Assembly (NCBI GenBank): GCA_028534125.1
Contig: CM052818.1
Coordinates: 26,724,001-26,788,000 of the forward strand
Source: Lama glama
Lineage: Eukaryota
Direction: 5' to 3'
DNA length: 64,000 bases
Of this stretch, positions 1 through 27,100 are shown in pieces; positions within the stretch are counted from its first letter, which is position 1, and each line of letters starts with the position of its first letter. Under the pieces are notes generated by a model. The model did not search any database, was not told the DNA's origin, and saw nothing but the letters and a program-made list of their open reading frames with translations. The position numbers were made by a program, and so were the translations under genes.

Positions 1-62
1 ACAGCAAATTCAGTAAACATTTATGGATCATTAACATGTTAGCGTAAAGGCCATGTGTTTGA

Positions 63-1320
<1,258 letters not shown>

Positions 1321-2671
1321 TTATCAGTGAGCTAACTTCAGCAAGGAAGGATTTCATGTTATGGACTGATACTTCCTGCACAACTTTTGTTCTCCGTAGG
1401 TTGTCATCTGAAAGGATGCAAAGACATGAGGAGATATGGTAAAGAATTAGTGACACCAATACTGTAGTTTATAATGAGCAGGTACAAGAGGGGAGTCTGA
1501 GTAATAAAAACACATAATGGAACCCAAGGTGAAGCTTTTCATAAATTTTTATAGCATCAGCAATAACTGGTTTTTGTATTTTTTCCTAATCCTTCACTTT
1601 AGTACAATAGTGGCACTTAATTTATCTTCCCTTTCCTGTTCTTGTATGTTTTTAAAGGAGGAAAAGGCAGGCTGGAGTCCAGTTATTGCATAGCTTGACC
1701 AGATCATACAAGAGTTGCAGGTTGGTTATTAAACACATTTGCATTTACACGATAACTGAGAGGCTGCCAGCATGCCATTTCCTATAAGGACTTTAAACAT
1801 TTGTTTAACTGACCATGGAAGCATCGAGGGGATTTTCCTAGACACCTAGAACAGGAGTGCTGGACTGCTTTACCTTCTTTTACCAAAACAGTGATCCTTA
1901 ACCTTTTTGGAGTTGGAATTCTGAATATGTTCTTCACAACATAAAAACTAAGTTGTCATCTTTTTGTATGTTGCAACAGTCTCTAAGATAATTTGGGACA
2001 ACTGATTGTAGAAAACCAGGAGTAGGAACTGCTGGTCTAAGTGCTGAGTTGTCTTGTATGCTTTCTTATAGCTCAACTCTGCTGCTAAAGACTCACATCC
2101 CACTGATGCCGCTGTGATGCCACAATGGGATTCCAACATTCAGTGGGTATAGATCTGAACTCTTAAGTACACAATTTATCTGTACACGGGGTTGAATAAC
2201 TTGAGGAAGAAAATTAAATACATGCTAAAAGTAAGGCCAGTGCAGAGTCAGTTAATGCTCTAGAAAAGAACAGCAAACAGTATCCTTTCTTCCCTTAGCT
2301 TACAGCTTAGAAAAGCTTGGAAAGCTTTACAGATATTTGATAAAAACATTAAGCAGTTTGAGGGCATGGTTGGGCTGAAACATGGAACAGTTTATAAGAA
2401 AAGGGCTATATTATCAGCTGAGCAAATAGAAGAATAAGTTTTTGGGTTTCTTTAACATTTCAACTCCAGCAGCCAGCGAAAGAATCTTTTTTTTTAACCC
2501 AGATATAGTATTAGACTTTTTCATAGTTTTTAAAATGTTACTAATAATTCTCCTCTCCCATAAAAAAAGGTAAAGATCTGGGACTATCCACTTATAAAAA
2601 ACCTAGTAGTCTTTTACTTCTTCATTCCTCGTTAATCATTGTAAACTATTTTTCCCCCTCCAAAAAGAGCA

Positions 2672-2875
2672 ACAGATGTGGAGTCGAAAAATCTGGCTCC
2701 ATTCCTTACTGGCTGCATTGGCCTGGGCAAGTGACGGTCTGTCTGAGCCTCGAGTTCCTCAGTCTGTATGATGAAGACTGTAATTCTTGCCTCTACCTTC
2801 TTCACATTTAGTTGTGAAGATCAGGTATTTATGAACATATTCAATAAACTAAAAATTATAAAACTGTTAACTTGT
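2672..2875 (+). mobile_element. MIR SINE fragment
   Basis: ggcaagtgac...ctgagcctcgagttcctcagtctgt...gttgtgaagat resembles the MIR core. Confidence 0.65.
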
Positions 2876-3019
2876 CACTGCCCACTGAATTGGAGCTAGC
2901 AAAGGAAAGGAATGCTCTTCTTGTCAACAGACTAAGACTGAGATGGCCTCTAGAGAGCCTTGAAACTACTCCCCATCTAGGAAGAAAAACATAACTTGAG
3001 AGAACACAAGCAAACATGC

Positions 3020-3235
3020 AGTGCTCCTTTGTGAGCGTCTTACACGTTTTAATTTACCTCACAACAGCCATGAGGTAAGTGCATTATGAACCCTATCTCT
3101 CAGATAAGGAAATGGAGGCACAGGGAGATTATGTAACCAGCTGCTGAAGGTGCAGTTGGGATGTGGATTTGAACCCGGGCATTGTAGCTCCAGAGTCCCT
3201 CTTACGACCCTGATAACCATTCTGCTATACTGCCT
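3020..3235 (-). mobile_element. MIR SINE fragment
   Basis: cctcacaacagccatgaggta...cagataaggaaatggaggcacagggag...ggatttgaacccggg matches the reverse MIR core. Confidence 0.7.
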
Positions 3236-3788
3236 ACCCCTACATATCTCTAGGTGACATTCCACAATGTCTCTCAGTATTTCATTCTCATATAGGAATT
3301 TAAAACTTTTGGAGATGTATTATTTTCCTTGTGACAGAGGATGACTTCTCCAAATTTCTCCAAAATAATAACTATTTATATCAGTATGCTAAAACAAAGT
3401 AATTCTGAGTCATTAGGCACCCTGTTGTGGTTTTACTGCATAAGATGAAAATTAACTGGAATGATGTCTGTTTGCTATACTTATATAATCAAACTTTACA
3501 AGCCATGAAATTAATTGCACTCTTTTTTGTTTTTGTTGTTGAATGCCTGAGTTTTCTTTAAAAAAAAAAATTGTAAAAGCACTGTCAGATAATTTGGAGT
3601 TGAATAATTTCTCCAGTTACTGTATAACCTGCATAACCTTTTTTTGTCTTGAAGTCATGTTCTATTTGTATAAGAATTATTGTTAGAAACATTTGATAAT
3701 GTACAAAGTAGTCTATAATGCAATGTTTAGTACATTTTTATTTTTTGTTACATCCCACTTTTTGTAAATATCCTCAAAGAAGCTTGAT

Positions 3789-3794
3789 AATAAA
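3789..3794 (+). terminator. Likely distal poly(A) signal of PRKD3
   Basis: AATAAA at the end of a TGTA/T-rich UTR-like stretch. Confidence 0.55.
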
Positions 3795-4821
3795 ATGTAT
3801 TTCCAGAAATATCACCATACTTTTCCATGAGAAAATGTGAGCCTATCTCTAGTAGAGGTTTCCAAAGAAAATTTTATTTGGTTGTGTTATTTTCCCAAGC
3901 CTTGGTAAGAAAACTCTTTTGGAAATAGTATTTGTAAATGGAACTAATGCTATATTTAAGAACACAGATTTTTTTTTTAACTGACTAAAATAAAAAACAA
4001 TTCATTATTACAATTTTATACAAAATTTGAGGTAATTATCTCAGGTCTCATTTTTTGGAATGAAAGTTTGTAATAATTTATAACTGTAAATTTTTCAGAA
4101 ACTGCCATCAAATATTCAACTATTGCAACTGCCAGAAGACTTAAACAAGCTAAATACATAGAATCAAAGTAAAATTTCTAGGTTTAAGAAGCACTGCCGG
4201 ACTCCTCCCCCTTAACCATAAAAAGTATTAAGAATTGGGAAGGGCCAACTATGGGCATTTTCATCTTCCAAAAGTTTTCCAACTAAGTTCTCAAAAGAAG
4301 AAAATAAATATGGAAATAGAATAAGGGTGGCTAGGAATGGTCCAAAGCTGGGCAGCACCTGAAAAATAAGGCCTCCATCTTCCTTTACTTTAGGGTAAGA
4401 CACACAATGCTGGTCCTGTTCCCAGTTAAGCAAAAGAAACAATATAAAGCAAGCATTCATCATTCTGCCAATAAACCCCCAAAACAGTTATGCTATAAAT
4501 TCAAGACATATGGCTAATATTCTTTTCCTTTAATCTAACTTATAAATTTGTGTTGCTAATGTAACAATTCTTTAGAAAGTCCATATATCTGGTATTAATA
4601 TAAAAGTTCTGTGAACCAAAAAGTGAGAACTTACAGAACAAAATCTTGACACTTACCGGGAAATAAGAGAATTAGCTCAATTTAGAAAATTATTCCTCCT
4701 AGGTTGTCTGCATTTACTCTGATGTTTTAAGTACATGTCAGGTTTAAGTCTCTTCCCACCCCTTAAACCCATTTCCAGATTTGGAAATTTAATAATGATT
4801 ATTGGAGTTTATAGCAGTATA

Positions 4822-6572
4822 AGGCCTACCTCAAGAAACAAGAAAAATTTCAAACAAACAACCTAACCTCTTACCTAAAGGAATTAGAAAAAGAACAAAG
4901 CCCAAAATCAGCAGGTGGAAGGAAATAATAAAGATCAGACAGGAAACAAATAAAACAAAATAAAAGATAAATGAAACCAAGAGCTGGTTTTTTTGAGAAG
5001 ATAACATTGACAAACCTTTAGCCAGGCTCAAGAAGAAAAAAGAGAGGACCCAAATAAAATAAGAAGTGAAAGAGGAGAAATAACAAGCAATACCACAGAG
5101 AGACAACCTAGAAAAAACAGACAAATTTCTAGAAACATACGACCTGCCAATACTAAATCAAATAGACAATCTGAGCAGACCAATTACTAACAGTGAAACT
5201 GAATTTGTAATTTAAAAAACTCCCAGCAAACGAAAGTCCAGGACAGGACAGCTTCACAGGGGAATTCTACTAAACATGTGAAAAAGAGCTAATACCTCTC
5301 CTCAAACTATTCCAAAAGATTGAAGACTGAACACTCAAATTCATTCTATAAGGCCACCACTACCCTGGTACCAACACCTAGTAAAGACACTACAAAAAAA
5401 GAAAATCACAAGCCAACAGCTCTGATGAATACAAATGCAACAACCCTCAATGAAATATTAGCAAACTGAATCCAACAATATATAAAAAGAATCATACACT
5501 ATGGCCAAGTGAGATTTGTTCCAGGGATGCAAGGATAGTTCAGTGTTCGCAAATCCATCTATGTGATACACCACATTAACAAAAGGATAAAATCACATTT
5601 CAATGGACACAGAAAAAGCACCTGACAAAATTTAAGTCATTCATTGATAAAAACTCTGATCAAAGTTGATAAACAGGGAACATATGTCAACATAATAAAG
5701 GCCATTTATGACAAATCCACAGCTAACGTCCTTTCCTCTAAAATCAGAAACAAGGCAAGGATGCCCACTTTCTTCACTTCTATTTAACACAGAATTGGAA
5801 GTCTTGGCCACAGCAATCAGAAAAGAAACGGAAGTAAAAGGCATCCAAATTGGAAGGGGGGTGGTAAAACTGTCCCTATTTGCAGACGACATGACACTAT
5901 ATATAGAAAACCCTAGTCTCCACCAAAAAACTACTGGAACTAATAAATGAATTGAGGAAAGCTGCAGGGTGTAAGATTAATACACAAAACTCTTGCTTTT
6001 CTAAACACTAATAACAAACTATCAGAAAGTAAAAACACCTCATTTAAAATCACATAAAAAAGAATAAAATACCTAGACAAACTTTACTAAGTAAGTGAAA
6101 GACCTATACTCTGAAAACTATAAAATACTCATGAAGGAATCTGAAAATGATACAAAGAAATGGAAAGATATCCTGTGTTCTTGGATTGAAAAAATTAATA
6201 CTGTTTAAATGTCCATACTACCCAAAGCAATCTACAGATTTAATGCAATCCCTATCAAAAAAAACCCATGATATTTTTCACAGAACTAGAACAAAACTAA
6301 AATTTATATGGAACCATGAATGACCCCAAATTGCCAAGGCTATCTTGAGAAAAAAGAACAAAGCTGAAGGCATCATTCTCCCAGACTTCAGACTATACCA
6401 TAAAGCAACAATAATCAAAACAGCATGGTGCTGGCACAAAAGCAGACACATAGATCAATAGAACAGAATAGAGAGCCCAGAAATAAACCCACACACCTAT
6501 GATAAATTATTCTACAACAAAGAAGGCAAGAATTTACAATAAAGAAAGAACAGACTCTTCAATAAATAGTGA
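4822..6572 (+). mobile_element. LINE-1 ORF2 internal fragment (RT region), decayed
   Basis: A-rich L1 ORF2 sequence. ORF 5708-5950 encodes RQGCPLS...LSLFADDM (L1 reverse transcriptase motifs). Multiple frameshifts and deletions; no 3' UTR or poly(A). Confidence 0.93.
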
Positions 6573-7157
6573 TTACTGTCCATCCTTTCTTTCCTTTCAT
6601 ATACAAGTAAATACCAAAGAAAACAACTAGTCTGCATTTAGTGTTGTAATTGCTATAAATTACTCACAAGCACTCCTTTAAATGTAGCTTTTTCTCCAAC
6701 AAAAATGGAATCATAACTGTGGAACACTTTGTACCCTACTTCTTTCACTTACTAAGTCTTAGAGATCTTTCTATGTCAGAACATGTTGCTCTACCTCATT
6801 TTATAAATAATATCTGATAGTTCTATTTAATCAGCCCCCTGTGAATGGCCAGTTAGGTTGTTTCCAGTTTTTATTAAACCAATCAGTATTCATGTTTACT
6901 TTTTAAAATAAAAATGCAGTAAGTAGCCTTATTAGAGGAAACTCAATAATGTTTCATTAAATTGAGAACACACATTTGTACCAAGAGTCAAACAATCTTA
7001 AAAGATCATTGTTTAGTTGTACTTTAAATAAGATGGGCTATTTTTATTGGCTGTGAAGCAATAAAATATTTTAATACTTATTTTACCTGTGATACATATG
7101 TTCTCTTTATTCTGGTTTCTTAGGCAGACTTGGGGGTAAAAAGTCCAAATTGAAGTA

Positions 7158-20851
<13,694 letters not shown>

Positions 20852-20989
20852 TGCCGAACGCCGCACGCAGCCCGCCTTCCAGGTGTGGGGATTGCGCCCG
20901 TTTCCGGGTGAGGACCCGCCCCCGCAGGAAGTACGTCACCCGACCAAGCGGAAGGGAGCCGCGGGCTTTGCGCGCGTGCTTTCCTTGCT

Positions 20990-21145
20990 ATGGCGGCCGC
21001 CAAGAAACCTTTGGAGTTCCATGCCAAGCATCCCCGGCGACCGGAGGAGGCGGTAGAAGATCCGGATGAGAACGATGAGGACGATAACGATGAAACGGAG
21101 GATGAGTTTTCCCTGGAAGAAGTGTTACGGCTCGGAGGCACCAAG
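20990..21145 (+). CDS. CEBPZ: CEBPZ exon 1
   Basis: [10 protein letters not shown]...[10 protein letters not shown]; donor GTAATG. Confidence 0.95.
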
Positions 21146-24100
21146 GTAATGGCCTGGGACTCCTGGAGCAGGACAGAGGCGCGTGGAGTGGTCACGCGAG
21201 TGGCGTGCAAATGACTCCGCAGCCCCGGCGCTGCGGAGTGGGAGGGCGTCATGGACCCAGAGCCCAGCTTTGAAATGTGTTCTGTGCGCTTCCCGCACTT
21301 CTTTCCCGTTGCTCTTTGCAAGAGAAAGTCGTTTAGAATTGAACATTTTTGTGCTTTGTTCTTTCTTATGATGTAGGTGATCTCATTTTATTGACGTAGT
21401 ATACCTGGCACTCCGTCAAGTCAGAGAGGACTGACTTTTTGGTCTTGACCTCTTGGCATCAATGTTTGGAACTCCAGTGGTGTTGGAATTTTAACTTCTG
21501 TTCTCAGATACACGCTCATTAAGCTCTCTGCGCTCTTGGATTTTACATCCTGATTAAGGGAGAGAAACAATAACCAAACTTTGGAATACGTAGTATGTTA
21601 GTCGCTGACTACAGCTGTGGAGAAAAATAAAACAAGGAAAGAGGATGATGAGTAGGGGAGGGTGTTAACAGTTTTAAACAAGGTGATCGGAGAACGCAGC
21701 ACTGATGTGTTTGGGCAGAAAACTGAAGGAAAGAAAGGAAAGAGCCTTATTTGTTCTGTTCCGTAAACAACAGAAAAGTAAGTACAGCTGAGGCAGAGTG
21801 AGGTGCGAGGAGGACAGTGAGAAAGGTCAGAGAGGTAAGAGGGTGGACTTATGCTCTGAATTTGATCGGAAACTGTAGATTTGGAGCAAGTATGTGATAG
21901 AATTTGGCTTTTTATTAAATATTTCATAAAAACTGGGCGGGGTGGGATGAGCGAATAGAGGGAAGAGAAATGCAATTTACAGAGACATATTCACAATTTG
22001 CTCTGTACTTGGGTTGTATGTAATTTTTGAGTAGGTAGTATATGTACATGTTACAAAAAGGCTTTTTTTTTGAAGGAGGGGGTACCTGATGAAAATTCTT
22101 TTCTGCCACTTTAATCTCCATGCAGTTTCCCTTCCGAGAAAGTCATTTTTATGTCTTTTATATATTCCAAGCAAATACACACACCTGCGTTTGTTACTTT
22201 TTACACAAAAGGTACAGTACTATGTCTATAATATTTTTTAAACAATTTTTAAGGTCTTTTTTTTCCTTACTGTTTTAGCGATCCATCCATATAAGTATAT
22301 AGACTGTCATTGGTTTTATGCCTGCATAAATCATTATCTGTCTTAATTTATCTAACCAGCATTTATTGTGGATATTTAAGTTGTCAGTCTTTGCTATTTT
22401 AAATGATGCTTCAGTAAATACCTTGAATATATATCTTTTTCCACATTTGTAAGTGTGTGTATAACCTAAATTTGTAGAAATGAAATGGCTAGGTGAAAGG
22501 ATGTGTGTCTTGTATTTTGTTTTTAGTTGGCAAATTGCCCTCCATAGAGGATGTGCCAGTTTATACTTACATCAGCCATGTAGGAAAGTGCCTTTCTTCA
22601 CCCTCTCCCAACACCACCTGTCTTAAATTTATCTTTGCTCATCTGACAGATTAAAAAATGAACGTATCATTGTGATTTTAATGTGGACCTTTTTTGGGGG
22701 GGATAGAGGGGAGGTGATTAGGTTTATTTATTTATATATTTTAATGGAAGTACTGAGGATTGAACCCAGGACCTCTAAGTACACGTTCTACCACTGAGCT
22801 ACACCCTCTCCCTAATTTGGACTTCCTTAAATGTCAGTGAGGTTGAGCGTCTTTTCATATTTTTAAAGAGCTGCTTTTTTTTTCCTTCTGTGAACCATAG
22901 GTGTATATATATCCCTTGCATATCTCTGTTGGGTTGTCATTTCCTTAACTGATGTGTGAGAACTTTTGTATTAAATTGAGCCCAATTACTTTGATATGAG
23001 TTGCCAGTTTGTTTTTCCAGTTTATTATTTGTCTTTTGATTTTTGTATATATTTTGAGAGAGAGTGATAAATTTATTCATTCTTTCCTTAATGGACCCTG
23101 AGTTTTCTGTCAAATTTGGAAAGATTTTTGCCTACTCTAGAATTTTTTTTTTAATTATGCTGTGCTTTCTTCTGTTTTTTGTTTTGTTTTATTTTTCTCA
23201 TTTAAATTTTTGATCCATCCAGTGTTGTGAGTGTAGGTGGGAGCCCAGGCAATACCATGATAACTCAAATTAATTGACTTCAGGGATGTAGATATCAGCT
23301 TAACTTTTGAAGTTTTAACTAAACTGTTGGATTTGTAATTTATTTTTAACTTTCTTATGTTTTTATGCAGCAAGATTACCTTATGCTGGCTGCTTTGGAT
23401 GAGAATGAGGAAGTGGTAGATGGAGGCAAAAAAGGAGCAATTGATGATCTTCAGCAAGGTGAATTGGAGGCATTTATTCAGAATCTCAGCTTGGCCAAGT
23501 ATGCAAAAGCTTTTTCAACTGAAGAAGAAAAACCAGCTAAAAAGGAAGATGCAAGCAAAAACGAAGCAAGAATTCCTAAAGTAAATAATAAAAAGCAAAA
23601 TGTAGCAGAAAATGAAAGTAAGGTGAAAAATAAGAAGAGAACAGAACAACATCCTGCTGAGAACAACAGTGCCATACCAAAGGTAAAGAGAGATAAACAA
23701 CAGGATATCTTTGAATTTTTTGAGAGACAGACATTGTTACTTAAGTCTGGAGGCAAATGGTATGATCTGGAGTACAGCAGTGAATATTCTTTGGAACCCC
23801 AGCCTAAGGATGTTGTGTCTAAGTACAAAACCTTGGCCCAGAAGTTGTATGAGCATGAAATCAGTTTATTCAAAAATAAGACGAATAATCAAAAGGGAGC
23901 CTCTTCTACCTGGATGAAGGCAATTGTGACATCGGGGACACTTGGTGACAGGATGGCAGCCATGATTCTTCTTATTCAGGATGATGCTGTTCACACACTG
24001 CAGTTTGTAGAAACTCTCTTGAACCTCGTTAAAAAGAAGGGCAGCAAACAGCAGTGCCTCATGGCTTTGGATACTTTCAAAGAGTTACTCATTACAGACC

Positions 24101-27100
24101 TTTTGCCAGACAGTCGAAAACTACGAATTTTCAGCCAGCATCCTTTCAACAAACTAGAACAGTTGTCCAGTGGCAACAGGGACTCAAGGGACAGAAGGCT
24201 GATATTATGGTATTTTGAACACCAGCTGAAACACTTAGTGGCTGAATTTGTGCAGGTCTTAGAAACTTTAAGTCATGATTCATTAGTAACCACAAAAACA
24301 CGAGCCCTTATAGTGGCTCATGAGCTGCTTTGTAACAAACCTGAGGAGGAAAAGGCCCTTCTTGTGCAGGTGGTGAATAAACTGGGAGATCCTCAGAACA
24401 GAATAGCCACCAAAGCATCCCATCTGTTAGAGACATTACTTTGCAGACATCCCAATATGAAAGGAGTTGTGTGTGGTGAAGTAGAAAGGCTGCTCTTCCG
24501 CTCAAACATCAGCTCCAAAGCCCAGTATTATGCAATTTGCTTTTTAAATCAAATGGCCCTCTCCCATGAAGAAAGTGAACTGGCTAACAAATTAATAACT
24601 CTTTATTTTTGTTTTTTTCGGACTTGTATCAAGAAAAAAGATATTGAATCAAAAATGCTCAGTGCCCTTTTGACAGGAGTGAATAGGGCATACCCTTATT
24701 CTCAGACTGGTGACGACAAAGTGAGGGAGCAGGTTGACACACTGTTTAGAGTGCTGCATGTTGTAAATTTTAATACCAGTGTGCAGGCTTTAATGTTGCT
24801 TTTCCAAGTGATGAATTCTCAGCAGACGATATCAAATCGATACTATGCAGCATTGTATCGGTAAGTACCTACCATTCCAGTATGTGAGTGAGAAATAGCG
24901 TGGTCTAATACAATGCTGTGCCCCTTTGTGGGGCAAGAGAAAGACTTAGGAAGTGGGGTTTTAGGGCCTCCTCGGCAACTTGCTACTACTCACCAACTGT
25001 GGGTGACTTAGTCTTTGTTTCCCTGTTGGACAGCTAAATTATGTGCTTTGAATATGTTATTATTTTTTTGTTTTGAGTAGGCCCCATCCTCAGTCCTGTA
25101 TTTTTTCCCTCCTGTCCTTCATACAGCCATTTAGTCATTCATTCAACAAGAATTTTTTGAGTGCCAAGTATGTGCTGGGTGCTGTTCCAGGACTCAGGAC
25201 ATAGCACAGTGAACAAAATTCCCACCTCTAGAGGCACTTCCATGCATATTGGGGAAGACACATGGTAAATAAAGCTTTTTGACACAACATTGTAAAATGA
25301 CTGTAACTCAATAAAAAAAAGTTTATATATTAAAAAAAAAGAAAGCTTTTGGATAGGAGGGTTGGGGGTTACAATTTGGGAATTTTTAAAAAAATATTAT
25401 GATTAAGGCTTTGTCCACTGAATTTTGCAGCTGTCCTGCAGTGCACCCATTGAGGGCTGATATTTTGAACGAAGTGTATTTAAGTACAGTTTGGAACTGT
25501 TCAAGTACACCAGCAAGCTATATATTGCCTTCTAATTCATCTTTGTAATTTTACGTACATATATCTCTTGAAAAACGTAATGTATAGTGGTTAATATCTT
25601 AGACTTGAGCCACATTGCCTGGTTTTGGGTCCCAGCCATTAGTTTGCTGTCTTAACTTTGGGTAGATTACTTAATCCTCATTAAAACCCCATTGGTAAAC
25701 ATGGTTGATCCCATTTTACTGTGCTTTTATTTGCCTATAAAATGGAGAGGCAAGCACCTATCCCGTAGTGTTATTATGAAGATGATGAAATTTCCCCACA
25801 ATTACATAGCTAGAAAATGACAGAACTGGGAATTTAATAAGGTTAATGAGTTAATGTATATGTAAACCCATGTAATCTTCACATGTGGTGTGTATTTAAC
25901 AACGCCCAACACACACTAAGTGCTCTGTAAGTGCTGCCATTATTATTATTGTTGTTGTTGTTGTTATTATGACTTGTCCTTATCTTCACACTTTTTCAGT
26001 TTAATCCTCTTTTTTGTTGTTGTTGTTGTTTGTTTTGTTTTTGGAGGGGGAGGGCAGTATTTAGGTTTATTTATTTATTTACTTTTTTTAGAGGAGGTAC
26101 TGGGGATTGAACTCAAGATCTCATACATACTAAGCATGTGCTCTACCACTTTGAGCTATACCCTCCTGCTTAGTTTAATCCTCTTAACAGCTCTCCAGTC
26201 TCTGAGGTGCATAATTTGTGCGAGTTCACACAGACATTATGAGGCCAAGTTAGGTGGCAAATCCAGATCTATACTAGCTTGGAATTGATGGTGTTTCATG
26301 GCACTGATTGCGCTGGTACACTAAAAAAGAATCTCAGAGGTCTTCCCATAAGTCTTAAGAGTCTATAATCTTTTAAAGTAATAAATACTTAAATGTTTTT
26401 AGTTTGGGAAGACTTCTGAGACTGAAAATGTAGGGGCTTCGGTGTTTGGGGTTTTTTGTAACTTTTGAGGGTAATAGAATCTCTACTTCTTAGGAAATGC
26501 TTGGAAACTATTGGAAAACACGTTTTTCTAATATCTATTTAACATCTCAGTGTTTAAAACAATAGTCTAACATCTCTGAGGAGTACATTCCTAAATTCTT
26601 TAAATTATTGCTTGCCAAGCACTCTCACAGATGAATTTCCTCAAAGGGCTTTTAAGCCTTCTTAAAGTATTTATTTTCTCTTGGTTTTATTAAGAATCCT
26701 TTAAGTAAAATTGAGGGATAAAAGAAATGAAGAAATGATTCAGTTTACAAAAACGTGATTTATCAAAAGCTTCAGGAACATGTTCTCTGTCAAATGGTGG
26801 AGACACCCGTCTAAATTCTCAAATGCTTCTATTGACATGTAATGGAGCTTATGATTAAAAATAAGTTGTAGAATGGATGAAAATGTTGAAAAATGTAAAT
26901 GGGAGGAGAGAAAGTGAGATGTCAAAGATTGAATAATATAGATTATTTCAAAATATCACCAGTAGGTACGAGAGTTATGGAACTGACAAATGGAGAAACC
27001 TGGATATGTAGAGCAATATGAAAATGCCTCACAAGGTTAAATATTTTCATTTCTAGTGTTAGTGAAAAAAAAGTAATAAAAGTGCTTAGAACAAAAGTAA

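Larger units (their letters stand above)
1321..3810 (+). other. PRKD3: PRKD3 3' UTR (about 2.5 kb, AT-rich, contains MIR fragments)
   Basis: Follows the stop codon. AATAAA at 1503-1508 (proximal) and 3789-3794 (distal, preceded by several TGTA elements). The exact end is inferred. Confidence 0.6.

Noticed and set aside
5708..5950. Reverse-transcriptase-like ORF (LFADD) as a novel RT system
   Set aside because: It is an ordinary decayed L1 ORF2 fragment with frameshifts on both sides.
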